Below, in pieces: positions 24,625-36,639 of a stretch of DNA of 64,000 nt. The notes under the pieces are model-generated. The model was not told the DNA's origin. It was given only the letters and a program-made list of their open reading frames with translations, and did no database searches. A program made the position numbers and the translations under genes. The first letter of the stretch is position 1, and every line of letters begins with the position of its first letter. The DNA comes from Eledone cirrhosa (Eukaryota), in the NCBI GenBank assembly GCA_964016885.1, contig OZ024740.1:268212001-268276000 (forward strand). Direction: 5' to 3'.

Positions 24625-25410
24625 ATGCATATCTATAGTAAAATATTTAACAAACATACAATCAAATTTTCTTATTCCACCACTTCCAACATCTCTAACA
24701 TTATCTCTAAACACAATAATAAAATATTAAGTAATAAATTACATCCACCCAACACTGAGCGTCATAATAATAGCAGTAGTAATCCCGACGTCAATATTAA
24801 CTCTAGGCTAGATTCAGAAAATTTAAATGCAACGTCAAACGTAACTTCGTTGAATGTTCATAATACCAATCTAAATCAGGAAACTATAGCTCCTATCGTA
24901 AATAAATTCTCCAATCCAATTCCTTCTATAAATAATACTAGATCACTTGTTAATAACTCTGTTAATTTCTCTAATCGTAATTGTAATTGCCCTGTTAGAA
25001 CTAAATGTCCTCTTTATAACCAATGTCTTGATAAAAACTTAGTGTATGAATGTAAGGTTATAACTGGTACTAATTATTTTACCTATTTCGGTTCCACTTC
25101 CACTTCCTTTAAAGCAAGATTTTATAATCACAAATCGTCTTTTAAATACCTATTTAAAAGAACTAACACGGCACTCTCAGAACTCATATGGTCCTTAAAA
25201 GAAAAAAATATTAACTATAACATCTCTTGGAGCAAGGTTTGCTACGCCTTTCCTTACCTGAATTCCTCCCCATCCAGAACATGTAATCTCTGCCTAGCCT
25301 AGTAATTTACCATTATATCTAATTTTAATTCTATAATAAATAGACGTACGGATTTATTTTTGCTCTGCTTGCATAAATCCCATAGAACATTCTATGAAGT
25401 ATATAGCTAA
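24625..25410 (+). pseudogene. PLE linker plus GIY-YIG endonuclease, premature TAG-TAA after CNLCLA
   Basis: ORF 24625-25302 in the track; homology continues as IINRRTDLFLLCLH. Confidence 0.8.
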
Positions 25411-26410
25411 TATCTCAATACCTAAGTAGTTTAAAATCTTCTTTTCTCAAAGGCTTTTATATCTTTTACAAATATACCCATCTTTCTACTTCATTTCAGT
25501 ATATTATATTATACAATACTCACTCTATATCGTTATGATCCCCTATCTTTCTTTTTTTATCCTTTTTCCTTTCCTCCTTTTTTTCTTTTTTAATTCCTAA
25601 TCTTTAATCTGTAACCTTTACTTCTCAATTCATATTATTACGCACTACAGCATTTTCCATTTTCCATTTTCCATTTTTCCTCATATTATTGGTCATAGAA
25701 ACTATATATGTTTTAATATATAATAATATTACCATTAGAAAACTTTTGTAAACATATATACTTTTTGACGTTAGATATTTTTTCTTCCATAAATTCTCTT
25801 TTTTCTTCTCTCCTTCCGTGCTTGTTTTAAACCTATTATTTACTTTTACCTATTACAATACATAAAAACAAACTTAAACCCTAAATAATTCCTCTAAGTT
25901 CATAACTCATTTATTCTTCTCCTTCTTTCACATTATATCATTAATATCATTAATATTTTTATTTTAATAATACATATTAATAAATTCTCTTTTTTTCGCA
26001 CATATTATTAAACCCTTCAATACATAAACCTAAATTAATACTATTCCTAATTCCTTTTTCTTCAATCATAAACATCAACATCCATAAACCTCATTAACTC
26101 TTAATTTCAAAATCTTTTTAAATTATCTATTATCTTCCAACGGTTTTTTTTATTTCTCTCAGACAATGTTTTCTCAATTGTACAGCCTATTTCTCTCTCT
26201 ATATCACTCATTTCTCCTCCTCTCTCATCCTTCCTTCTTATACTCCTCCCTCACCATCCTTTATTTTCTTTCTTCCTCTTCCTTACGTTTTCCTACCCCC
26301 CCCCCCTCATTTTTTCCCAATCTCATATATCCATCTTACTTTATTTTTTCATGTTGATTTTAAAATTCACTGCTCACAAGTGTTTTTTAAGCTTCATATC
26401 ATGTCTCCCC

Positions 26411-26479
26411 ATTTTATCTGATGAGAACGCAGATATCATCCCATGATGATATTTGTTTTTGAAATGCGCATAATAAAAT
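26411..26479 (+). ncRNA. Type I hammerhead ribozyme at PLE 3' end
   Basis: ATTTTAT-CTGATGA-GAAC-GCAGATATCATC-ccat-GATGATATTTGT-TTTT-GAAATGCGCATA-ATAAAAT; perfect stem I, palindromic stem III ATGCGCAT, AUA triplet overlapping AATAAA. Confidence 0.85.
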
Positions 26480-26515
26480 ACTTGGAACTCTTTTAACCAT
26501 CTTTTGATCTTATAT

Positions 26516-26621
<106 letters not shown>

Positions 26622-27236
26622 ATGTTCGTGTGTGCGTATATGAGTATGTGTTTGTGTGAGTGTGCGGATGTGAGTATGTATTTATTTGATATAAATGAAA
26701 TTTCATGAATACAGATAGAATATTTAGTACGATTTTAGATTAGAAAATATGTACTGGTATAATCAATATATGAATTATATAAGCATTAGGCGACAATTCT
26801 GTTAGAGCTTTCTTGCCTGATATTTGTAGTTTTCTTGAGATTGACAACATTCAAACAGAGGTATTATAATCCTTAAAAAGGATTAATATCTGGGATTATT
26901 CTTATTTCGTATCAAAAATAACATGGATGTACTGAAAAAGGACACATGGAGGAGTATAGGTTATTGTGAACCCTATCTTCCATAATTCCAATGTAGTATT
27001 TACATTCTCCTGAGATGCCTTCTGCATTATATATTATTTATTACCTCTGCAGTTATAACCACGCATGCTCTCTTCACCAGAAATGCTTTGCGTACATACA
27101 TATATACATATATACACATACATACATATATACATACATACATTACATACATACATGCGTATATACGTAATCAAATGTAGTCATATATACATAAATGCAT
27201 GTATATACATACATGCATGTATGTATGTATGTATGT

Positions 27237-27692
27237 AAGGGCAAAGGAGCTCTTAAGAGTCAATGGCCATCCAAATTCACCGGGAGAGATGACCCCTTAG
27301 CCTTTGTCAAGGCAGAATTCTAGGAGAAGGAAAACTCTGATATAACACCTGCAACCCTGATGGTATCCAATGATGTTGACTTGTTCTTCTTTTTGGTAAA
27401 TATCATCTTGGTTAAGAGAGTGGGACTGGCTTTGTGCAGTGCCTTTGCTCACTATAAAAGGTTCACGGCACAGGCATTGCTTTATATCTGGAGATCTCTC
27501 TGCACTTGTCGTCACATGGAACCATGGGCCCAGCACTATGTGTCAATAATTGTCACAAGTGTAGTGTTTGTACCAGAGTTTTCAAGTCGCTGGCGGGACT
27601 GAAAAGTCACACTCGTTCAGCGCATCGGTAGGGGTTCTCCTACATGGATATAAAGTAGTGGCCGTACTCGAAAACGAGTTGGCAGCCACCAT
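27237..27692 (+). mobile_element. Bipartite RTE-derived non-autonomous retroposon
   Basis: Head resembling RTE 5' UTRs (CTAGGAGAAGGAAAACTCTGA); 27554-27631 translates as HKCSVCTRVFKSLAGLKSHTRSAHR*; 3' stem-loop and ATGT-like tail. Confidence 0.85.
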
Positions 27693-27773
27693 GTAAGTAT
27701 ATATATACTTACATACATACATACATGCATAAATAAATGTATACATACATATTTACACACATACATACATACT

Positions 27774-27815
<42 letters not shown>

Positions 27816-27889
27816 AATGCATGTATACATGCATACACACACACATACATACATACTTACATACATATATACATACATAATCATCCGTA

Positions 27890-28020
27890 GGAGCAAGATA
27901 TGGTCACCTGCCCTGGCATTGCCCACAACAGGACAACCCGTCTAACCCATGCTAGTTTGGAAGAATGGACGTAAACCGGTTATGATGATGATGATGATGA
28001 TGATGATGATTATGATGAGT
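27890..28020 (+). mobile_element. RTE/SINE 3' end with (ATG)n tail
   Basis: CCCGTCTAACCCATGCTAGTTTGGAAGAATGGACGTAAA followed by (TGA)n. Confidence 0.5.
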
Positions 28021-28239
28021 CATAATAGGACGAAAATCATCAGCGTTGATAGCAGTATTTATCAAGGAACGTCAGTGAGAGAGCTCTGACATATATATAT
28101 TGATATTAAATTTAATGCAGATATGCAGTTGGCGTCAAATTTAGTATGTTGTATGTACTATGAGAACTACTGATATCTTTTAGTCCCTTTTGACCCCTTT
28201 GGTGTACTATAATTACATTTTCATGGATATGTTTCTTTA

Positions 28240-28712
28240 TTATCTAATTTTCTATAAAGGTGTTAGTTTCTAAATAAGAATCAAAGCCCCACCCTTCATA
28301 TTTAGACAGCATTAATAGTACAGAGTTACATCCGTAATCGCAGAAAAGTCTTGAATTTTTCGTTCTTTTGTTCACTTTCAGATTGAATTTTAAAAAAAGA
28401 ATTAGAGTGTTTTTGTATTTGACTGAATACCCCAACCTTTTCAGAATTTTACTTAAATATTTAATGACATGTTTGAGCTCAGATGCAAATTTTAAACTGG
28501 GTATTTGTCTAATTGTGTTCAACAAAAATTCTCAAATATATATATCAAGTAATGTGTAGAAATATTGATGGGAATGTTCCACCAATATTCCTTCTGTTAG
28601 AAAGTCTGGTTATACTGAATTTCAGGGATATTTGTTAAAATTGCCTCCAGCTACGCCTTCCTACTAATGGCATTGTGTAATGTCTTATCAACGATGTCAT
28701 ATTCTGCATAAG
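28240..28712 (-). mobile_element. Old R4/Dong-like RLE-region fragment
   Basis: Minus strand YDIVDKTLHNAISRKA*...QKEYWWNIPI aligns to HDAVDKTLYNAVRKK...KEYWWNVPV of 32291-32824; (ATGT)n at the 5' junction. Confidence 0.65.
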
Positions 28713-30126
28713 AAGTATGTATGTATGTATGTATGTATGTATGTATGTATGTATGTATGTATGTACGTATGTACAAATGTATGAACATAAATGTTTATAC
28801 ATCAGTGCAAATATATTTGATTATTTTTGTGCAAATATCGTTGCATATACAAATATGAGATTATTTCAATGACGCATATTCTAATAAAAAGAATAAATAT
28901 ATCTAGTCGTATAGGCGCAGGAATGGCAGGATGGTTAACATGTGTTTCGTGTGACAAAATATCGCCAGCTTAAAAAATGATTTATCAGTCAATCGATAAA
29001 ATATGTACCGTATTGAAGTAAATCGTGTAGTCACTATACTCTTCGGAAGATTCAGAAGGCGGTGCTCCAGTATTATCAGTAAATTATAGAGAAATCTGAC
29101 AAATGCCTTTGGCTGTATAATTAGGACGAATTTGAGGGAATAATTACGCCTTTAGTTCCTTTTTAATTCGTTTATCTAAACAGAAACATTTTTCTTGGTT
29201 TAGATACTAGTTGTTTATAACAAATGAAACATTTCTATGTGAATCTAATTTTACTTTCTTATTCGACAACAAAGCACTCAGAATCTAACTAGAACAAAGC
29301 TCTATTGAAACTGATTGTCTTCATGCATATTTAGAATCCACAATTTCGACAATTGTTTTCAGTGTTTGATTTTGTATTATTTCTGATTAAAACATTAGTT
29401 ATTATCGCGTGTTGACTGATTTATAGTCCTTATAGTTCATCGTGATATTGTTATGCGTTTGCCGCGTACCTGTGCCCAAAGAGAGAAGTTAAAATTCTTA
29501 TGAGAGATCTGCAGTTGAAATTAGAAACAAAATAACTGCAGCGAGCTATTCAAACCAAAAAACCAACATCATAGCAAATTTCTCATCTATACTTTAAGTA
29601 ATAATTGTCCCCGAAGGGAATATATCTCTCACAATAAAATGTATAATAATTCGATGTAGCTCCAATGTGATTTACAAGAATAAATGAACAATAAAAAATA
29701 GTTTTCCCTGAAGACTAAGCTTTAGGAATTAAAATATGATAAGAAGAGAAATGAAATTTATCAAAAACAGTAGAAATAAGGATTGAGTTAGGACGACGGG
29801 TGGATATAAATAAGTATCCAAAACTAGAAAATAATCAGACAGAAATGGGATTAAGACAGCTGTACTCACAATATTGATAGATTATTCAATACACTGAGTG
29901 ATTGTTTTTCGCACTAAGAAGAGAAATAAAACTTAACACATGAGTAGAGTGATAGAGATGTGAAGCTAGGCCAGTGACACTTCAAATTAGTCCAAAGCAG
30001 TATGAAGAGTGGCCTTAGGTACGAAACTTCTGGCTCTTAAGCGATTGGTACGGCTACGCGTATACTACACACCCAAACCTGCACACACATATATATGTAT
30101 TTATGTATATATGTATGTATGTATGT

Positions 30127-30660
30127 CGGCTCACTCTTGAGTGCTACTGGTAACATGTAACCCAGTACAACCTGTCGCATGGTCGGGTCGTCGGCGACTA
30201 AACCGGCAAACCCACCAAGTTTACTTGGTGAAGAGGGTGATTTTGGACACCCTGCAGGACAAAAAACAAAACCTGACAAAGGGCGGAAGAACTCATAGGA
30301 GTCAACGTCCATCCAAAAGTGTGTAAATATGTACACATGTACCGCGTGATTAAACCACTGGGAGTGAAGGACCCCTAGCCTTTGTCAGGGCATTCTTCTT
30401 GAAGAAGGCAACTCAGGAAACTGGGATAACTCCGATATAAAAACTGCGGCTCAGTAGTTACCGATGATATTGATCTTTTCTTCTTTTCGGATTATATCTA
30501 CTGTCGCTCAGAGAGTGGGATTGGCTTAGTGCACAGTCTTTCCTCACTTTAAAAAATATCTTCACGCACAGGCATTGCACGATAGAATTAATTAATAATT
30601 ATTAATAATGGTATATCGTGCAATGGCCATACTCGATAACGAGGTGGCAGCCATCATCAT
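30127..30660 (+). mobile_element. Longer diverged relative of the bipartite RTE-derived element, lacking the zinc-finger segment
   Basis: Shares CCCCTAGCCTTTGTCA, GAGAGTGGGA.TGGCTT.GTGCA and GCACAGGCATTGC, and ends GGCCATACTCGATAACGAGGTGGCAGCCATCAT plus (ATGT)n; head also present at 44716-44908 on the minus strand. Confidence 0.7.
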
Positions 30661-30677
30661 GTATGTATGTATGTATG

Positions 30678-32027
30678 TTATCACTTTCTCTTAATTTCGT
30701 GTATATTTTTTTGACCGGCCACCTTCCTGGTGACAAGGTTGTAAAAGAAAAGAAATTGTCATCCCTTGAATCGCAAGGATGTTTTGCAAATTTTGAAGGT
30801 GCCAGCTATCGCAGCCATTTGTAGAATATGAATTAGGGAGCTGCTCTCTTTGTCCGCAAATCCAAGTTCAGTCATACTTTGGTCCAAGCGGGTTGGTATA
30901 TAACAGGTAGCTACAATAATGATGGGTATGAAGCTAAAGGTGTATCTTGGATACTGGATTTGTAAACTCCTCATCAATGGCCGTAGATGTCCTCCTTCTC
31001 CTGTATGTTTCTGACAAAGTTTACATCAAGTGGGCAGCTGATCTCCACAACAGAACACGTTTTCAATGTGTGGTCCCAAACAACAGTATCAGGCCGGTTG
31101 TGCTTTAATTTGGTGGCAGTTTTTATTTTCAGGTTCCACCAGTATTCCTTAGTGCCATCTGTCTCAATATATTCTTCCTCGTTTGTTGTTAATTTTGTTT
31201 TCCGAAGTGCGTTCCAGATGGTTCTAGCTATCCCATCGTGTTTCATGGGGAGGTAGTAGCGAGATGACATTCTTTCACAGCTGGCAACAATGTGGCTTAC
31301 ATCCTCGATCTTTGTTTTACATAGCCTACATTTATTGTCAGCTGATGGCCCTCCCCTTTTGTGCAGCAGATATTTGGTAGGGAGTTCTTGTTCCTGTATT
31401 GGATAGAGATATCCCTCAAGGTGTGATGTGATAAACTTGTCGAAACTCCATGCCAGACTTTTTGAGTGGTTAATCCCCTCTATGGTCTGTGTTTTACGCC
31501 TCAAGTATCCATGCACAACTTTTGTTGGAAATTGGTCAATTTTTTCATCTTCTTTGAACATTGAATAGGATCTTCCGATTTCTCTGGGTGAGAGATTTAT
31601 ATCAGGCTTTATTCCATATTTCTCCTCCAGATCAGTGGCTATTCTAATGATATTTTTTTTTATGCTCATAAACCTGGGCCAGATGGTTGCCAACCTTTTT
31701 CCTCTGTTGAAGATGTTGCTTCAGTGTTACTATCCGGGTCTCATATGATGTTAATATGGATTTTAGACCCCGGCCACCTTCCTTGCGTGAGAAGTATAAC
31801 CTATCCACAGACCATTGATGTTAAAGTTTCCAGTAACACTGAGTAGTTTGCGAGTTCTAACATCCATCTCACTTAGTTCTTGCAATGGCCAGTTTAGCAG
31901 GCCATATGTTGGCGTTAGAATTGGCACAGCATAAGTATTGTGGGCAATGTATTTGTTGTACGCTGACAGTTCTGATGACCATATTTTCTTTACTCTTCTG
32001 AGGTATTCAGTTTTAGTTCTCTCCTTA
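30678..32027 (-). mobile_element. R4/Dong-like LINE family B, 5'-truncated
   Basis: EGGRGLK, IQEQELPTKY, CRLCKTKIEDVSHIVASC, HNRPDTVVWD...VEISCP; (ATGT)n on both sides. Confidence 0.85.
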
Positions 32028-32080
32028 TGTATGTATGTATGTATGTATGTATGTATGTATGTATGTATGTATGTATGTAT

Positions 32081-35000
32081 GTTCTTCTGGTTTTATAATT
32101 TCACAAATTTTTTCCCAATAGAGAGAGAGTCGGTTTCTAACATAGACACTCATTGGAATTTACACATCAACTATGTATGCATGCATGCATGTGTAGATAT
32201 GGCTGTTATTGTATGTGTGGATGTGGATGTTTTGAGTTGTATGTGTGCATGTGTATATGCTTTGTATCTGTATATGTGTATATGCAGTTATTAGATGCAA
32301 CATTTTTGGAATGTTTTACATATTTTTACTGTTCCATTAATGGATTGTACTTGTAATTTCCTAACTAGTTGTGTTCTTTCTGTTCCTGTGAAGCCTAGCT
32401 GCTCAAGATTTGTATTGAGGCAATTATTAACGTACCCTAGTGCCCCAATAATCAGAGGCATAAATCTGAAAGTGTAATCAGGGTGGAGTATCTGCAGATT
32501 TCTCACCAGTTCTGCATAAATATTCTCCTTTGCGCTAATCTTTGATATTATATTGGCATCTGCTGGGCAGCTAATTTCCACTAATGTGCATGCCTTCTTT
32601 TCCCTGTCCCATATCATAATATCTGGTCTGTTATGCCTGCATTTTATTGGGGTTTTTACTGGAACATTCCACCAGTACTCTTTCATATTATGTACATGGA
32701 TGTCTTCCACATTGCTGTAGCCTTTAATGTGTTTATTATCGGGGCTATCTTTTTTACGAACTGCATTGTACAGTGTTTTGTCCACTGCATCATGCCTCAT
32801 AGGTAGATAACCCCGTGATGACATCTTTGGACAGCTGCTGATGACATGGGTGACATCTTCGATGTTAATTCTGCAGAGTCTGCACTTGTTATCACATCTA
32901 GGTGTTTTGCCTGCATCCCTATCTCTTTTATGAATCAGGTATTTCGTGTTAATCTCCTGTTCTTGGATTGCAAAAGCGTATCCTTCAAAGTGGGGGCCAA
33001 TATAGCGGTTGTTGGTCCAAGATAGACTACTTTCCTTATCTATATTACTCTCAATCTGGAGCTTCCTGGCAACATATCAATGCATGATTTTTACTGATAA
33101 GCATTCAATTTTCATCCATTGATTCACTGCGATACTGAGCGACTTCCCTGGGTATGATTTTTTGATTATCACACAGGGAATATCTCTCGAGGAGTTCCTT
33201 CCAAACTCTCATGATCTGTTTCATGCCGATAGACTTGCTCGAGAGACGGGCTCCTACGCTTCAAGCTTCGTAGATATTGTCGGAGAGATATGATGCGACA
33301 TTCAAATGCTGTCTGGACTGATGTTAGGTCTCTGCCTCCCTGTTTACGTTTCAAGTAAAGGCGGTCTATGTCACTGTTGATGTGGAAGTTTCCGGTGTTG
33401 TTTAGTATTTTTCGTGTTCCAACGTCAACTGCTCGGATTTCGTCTATCGTCCAATTGAGTATTCCAAACGTTGGTGTTAAGACAGGCACGGCAAACACAT
33501 TGTGAGTCACTGTATTTTTTTGCGCAGAAAATTCCGATGACCGAATCTTTCTTAATCGGGTGTTGTATACCCTGGTTACGCGTTCCTTATTACATATACC
33601 ATTATAGGTATATGTAACAGGTATCTGTAACAGTCCTCATCAGATATCGGTGAAACAGTTAGGCCATTGATGACAATGTTGCTAGATTGGGTTGTTGTTT
33701 TTCCTCGCTTTACAGTCATGTATGAACATTTATCTTGGCCAAACTCCATTCCTATATCCTTTGAGAACCTTGTAACCAGGTCAAGATTTTTCTTCATTCT
33801 ATCCATGTTCTTGGCATAGAGTTTCAGATCGTCCACAAAGAAATTACGCGTTAGGTTCGTATTTCTGTCCTCCTGTGAGCCAATGATGTATCCCTCACAT
33901 TTCTTGAGCAGAAAGGACAAGGGGTTTAATGACAAGATGAATAATATCACAGAGAGACTGTCCCCCTGAAATATACGCCTGCAATATTTTATTTTATCAG
34001 TGAAAATAAAGTCCTCACTCCCTGTCTTTAACCTTAGGATAGTAGCCCAAGAAGAAGACAGCCTCTCTATAGCTCAGACAATAATTTCTGGGACTTTAGC
34101 AAGTTGAAGGGCCTCTATTATCCAAGGGTGGGGAACAGAATTGAAAGCTTTCATGTAGTCCAGCCAGACTGTAGCCATATTCCTCCTAAGTTGTCGCACC
34201 TCCGACATCGCAGTTTTGTTGATTAGGTGTTGTTCAGCACATCCCCAAACCCCTTTCTTTCCAGCTGCTTGTTCATCTGCGATGATGTTATTATTTTCAG
34301 TGATATTGGAGGAATAGTTTCAGGCAGGATGTATACATCTTATACATCAGGTTCTGGCATGCAATGGGTCGGTAGTTTTTTTTGCCAAGTGGGTGTCTTT
34401 GTTCTTGGGGACCAGTAATGTTTGTACTAATGTCAACCATTCTGGTATAAGTGTATCTCCCTTAAGTAGACGATAATCATGTCTCTTCCTGGTGTTTTCT
34501 TATCTTGGAGTTTTCCTATCACAGTCTCAAGGGTAGCCGCACTTATTTCGTATGTTTTTGTTGTAGTGTAGGAGCAATAGTTCTTTCGGATTTCTCTTAG
34601 CTACACTGCATCTTGGTTGAAATTTTTCTTTTCACCCCATATTTTGCTCCAAAAGGAATCTATGACTTTCTTGGATGGGGCTTCTTTGTTGGTGAGGAAT
34701 GAGGTTTTTTTGTGTTTGTTGGCATGTAAGGAGCATTGTCACATATCCTATGGTTTATCGTATGTCAGCAGTCTTTTTTTCTATTTTAGTTATATATGAT
34801 GGTATTTTTGGTAGTGTTCTGTTCTTGTTAATATCTCTGCTATCACCAAGATAATGCTTCACTGTCATTGCTAAGGCATATAAACAGGCGTTGATTTGCC
34901 AAAATGTTGGGGTTTTTACCCGTCGTAAATATTCATCCCCTATTTCGTCAATAACACGTAATATTTCATTATTTGGTTTTTTATTAAACATTCTCATTGT

Positions 35001-35883
35001 TCACCAAAAGAGATATTTATACATAAATTAATTTCACTCTGGAAGATTTCGTTGAGGGAAATTTTCAATTGTTTTTACATTTGATTATCGATAGTATTTT
35101 CCACAACAGTCGAGGTAGACTCGGATGGTACACGTGGTGTCAAATTTCTTCGATTATTATTATTGTTATTATTTCTTCGATTATTATTATTATCGATAGT
35201 GTTTTCCCCAGAATTCGTGGTAGACTTAGATGGTACAGGTGGTGTCAAGTTTCTTACAGGCATAGTTGTTTCAAGGCGCTGTTCGACTTGGCTGCTAGGA
35301 AGTCTAGTAGCATGGCGACCTGTAGCACGTGTTGTTGATAACATGTTTGTTGTGTGGGACTTACAATTAATACTATTTATCTTACTTTTACGTTCAACAA
35401 ACGTCGCTTGTTGGCGTAATTGTTTCGCTGTGAAATAATTTAGCCCTGGGTGCATTTCGTCCCAGTGTAGTTCATTGTGTTCATATAGCCAATGGAGGAA
35501 TTGTTTTTTGCCAATTTATAACAATTAAATAAATCATTAAGTTCGCAACTCGAAGAGAAATGCGATTTATAATTTCGGTTTCTTTTGTAGCTACAACTGA
35601 ATAAAGTTTGTTTACCTTTCTTGTTGTTTGTCTTCGATACTTCCTTAATTTTGTTGTTGATGTTGTGTTCAGCCATGATGTTTGTAGCAAATACTTGTAA
35701 AATGAGTTATGTATTTAGTCGGATATCTCTACGAATTCGAATAAAAGGTTTCTTCAGAAGATATAGTTAGAAGAATAACCAGTTATTCAACATGACTGTA
35801 GTTGTAGCATTACTGTCGGAGAAAGTATTCATCTTAAATTTAATAAATAGTCTCCCACGCCAAAATATGCGACTGTTCGCGTT
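32081..35883 (-). mobile_element. R4/Dong-like LINE family A copy 2, near full length, decayed
   Basis: N-terminal LFNCYKLAK...GY...HPGLNYFTAKQLRQQA, RT (FVDDLKLYA, IGMEFGQDKC), CCHC and RLE (RPDIMIWD, EISCP); same 3' UTR as copy 1; (ATGT)n on both sides. Confidence 0.9.
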
Positions 35884-35911
35884 GTATGTATGTATATATA
35901 TATGTATGTAT

Positions 35912-36240
35912 CCCTGATGGTATCCAATGATGTTGACTTGTTCTTCTTTTTGATAAATATCATCTTGGTTAAGAGAGTGGGACTGGCTTTGTGCAGTCAC
36001 TATAAAAGCTTCACGGCACAGGCATTGTTTTATATCTGGAAATCTCTCTGCACTTGTCATCACGTGGTACCATTGGCCCATCACTTTGTGTCAATAATTG
36101 TCATAAGTGTAGTGTTTGTACTAGAGTTTTCAAGTCGCTGGCTGGACTAAAAAGTCACACTCGTTCAGCGCATCGGTAGGGGTTTTCCTACATGGATATA
36201 AAGTAGTGGCCGTACTCGAAAACGAGTTGGCAGCCACCAT
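35912..36240 (+). mobile_element. Bipartite RTE-derived retroposon, 5'-truncated, long (ATGT)n tail
   Basis: Matches 27354-27692. Confidence 0.8.
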
Positions 36241-36323
36241 GTATGTATGTATGTATGTATGTATGTATGTATGTATGTATGTATGTATGTATGTATGTAT
36301 GTGTGTGTGTATGTATGTATTAA

Positions 36324-36511
36324 TTGTTTCTACTTTAGGCACAAGGCCAGCAATTACCCAGTGCATTACTGGTACTTTATTTTATCGACCCCGTAAGGAT
36401 GAAAGGCAAAGTCAACCTCGGCGGGATTTGAACTCAGATGGTAAAAGGATGTAACTATGCTGGAAAGCATGGCGTCCGACCCTCTACCGATACTGCCAAT
36501 CCACCGCCCCT
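36324..36511 (-). mobile_element. OR-like tRNA-derived SINE
   Basis: TGTTTCTACTTTAGGCACAAGGCCAGC...GGATTTGAACTCAG...TGCCAATCCACCGCC. Confidence 0.85.
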
Positions 36512-36639
36512 TAATAATACATACATACACACATACATACATTATTATGCATGTATGTATGTATGTATGTATGTATGTACAAACGTACAGATGTATGTAT
36601 GTGCATTGAACAGAGAATGAATTTGAATAACGCTTCGTA

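Noticed and set aside
29705-29730. Additional CTGANGA-like hits (29706, 5464, 42115, 61108) as hammerheads
   Set aside because: Could not find a properly placed GAAA plus stems I and III
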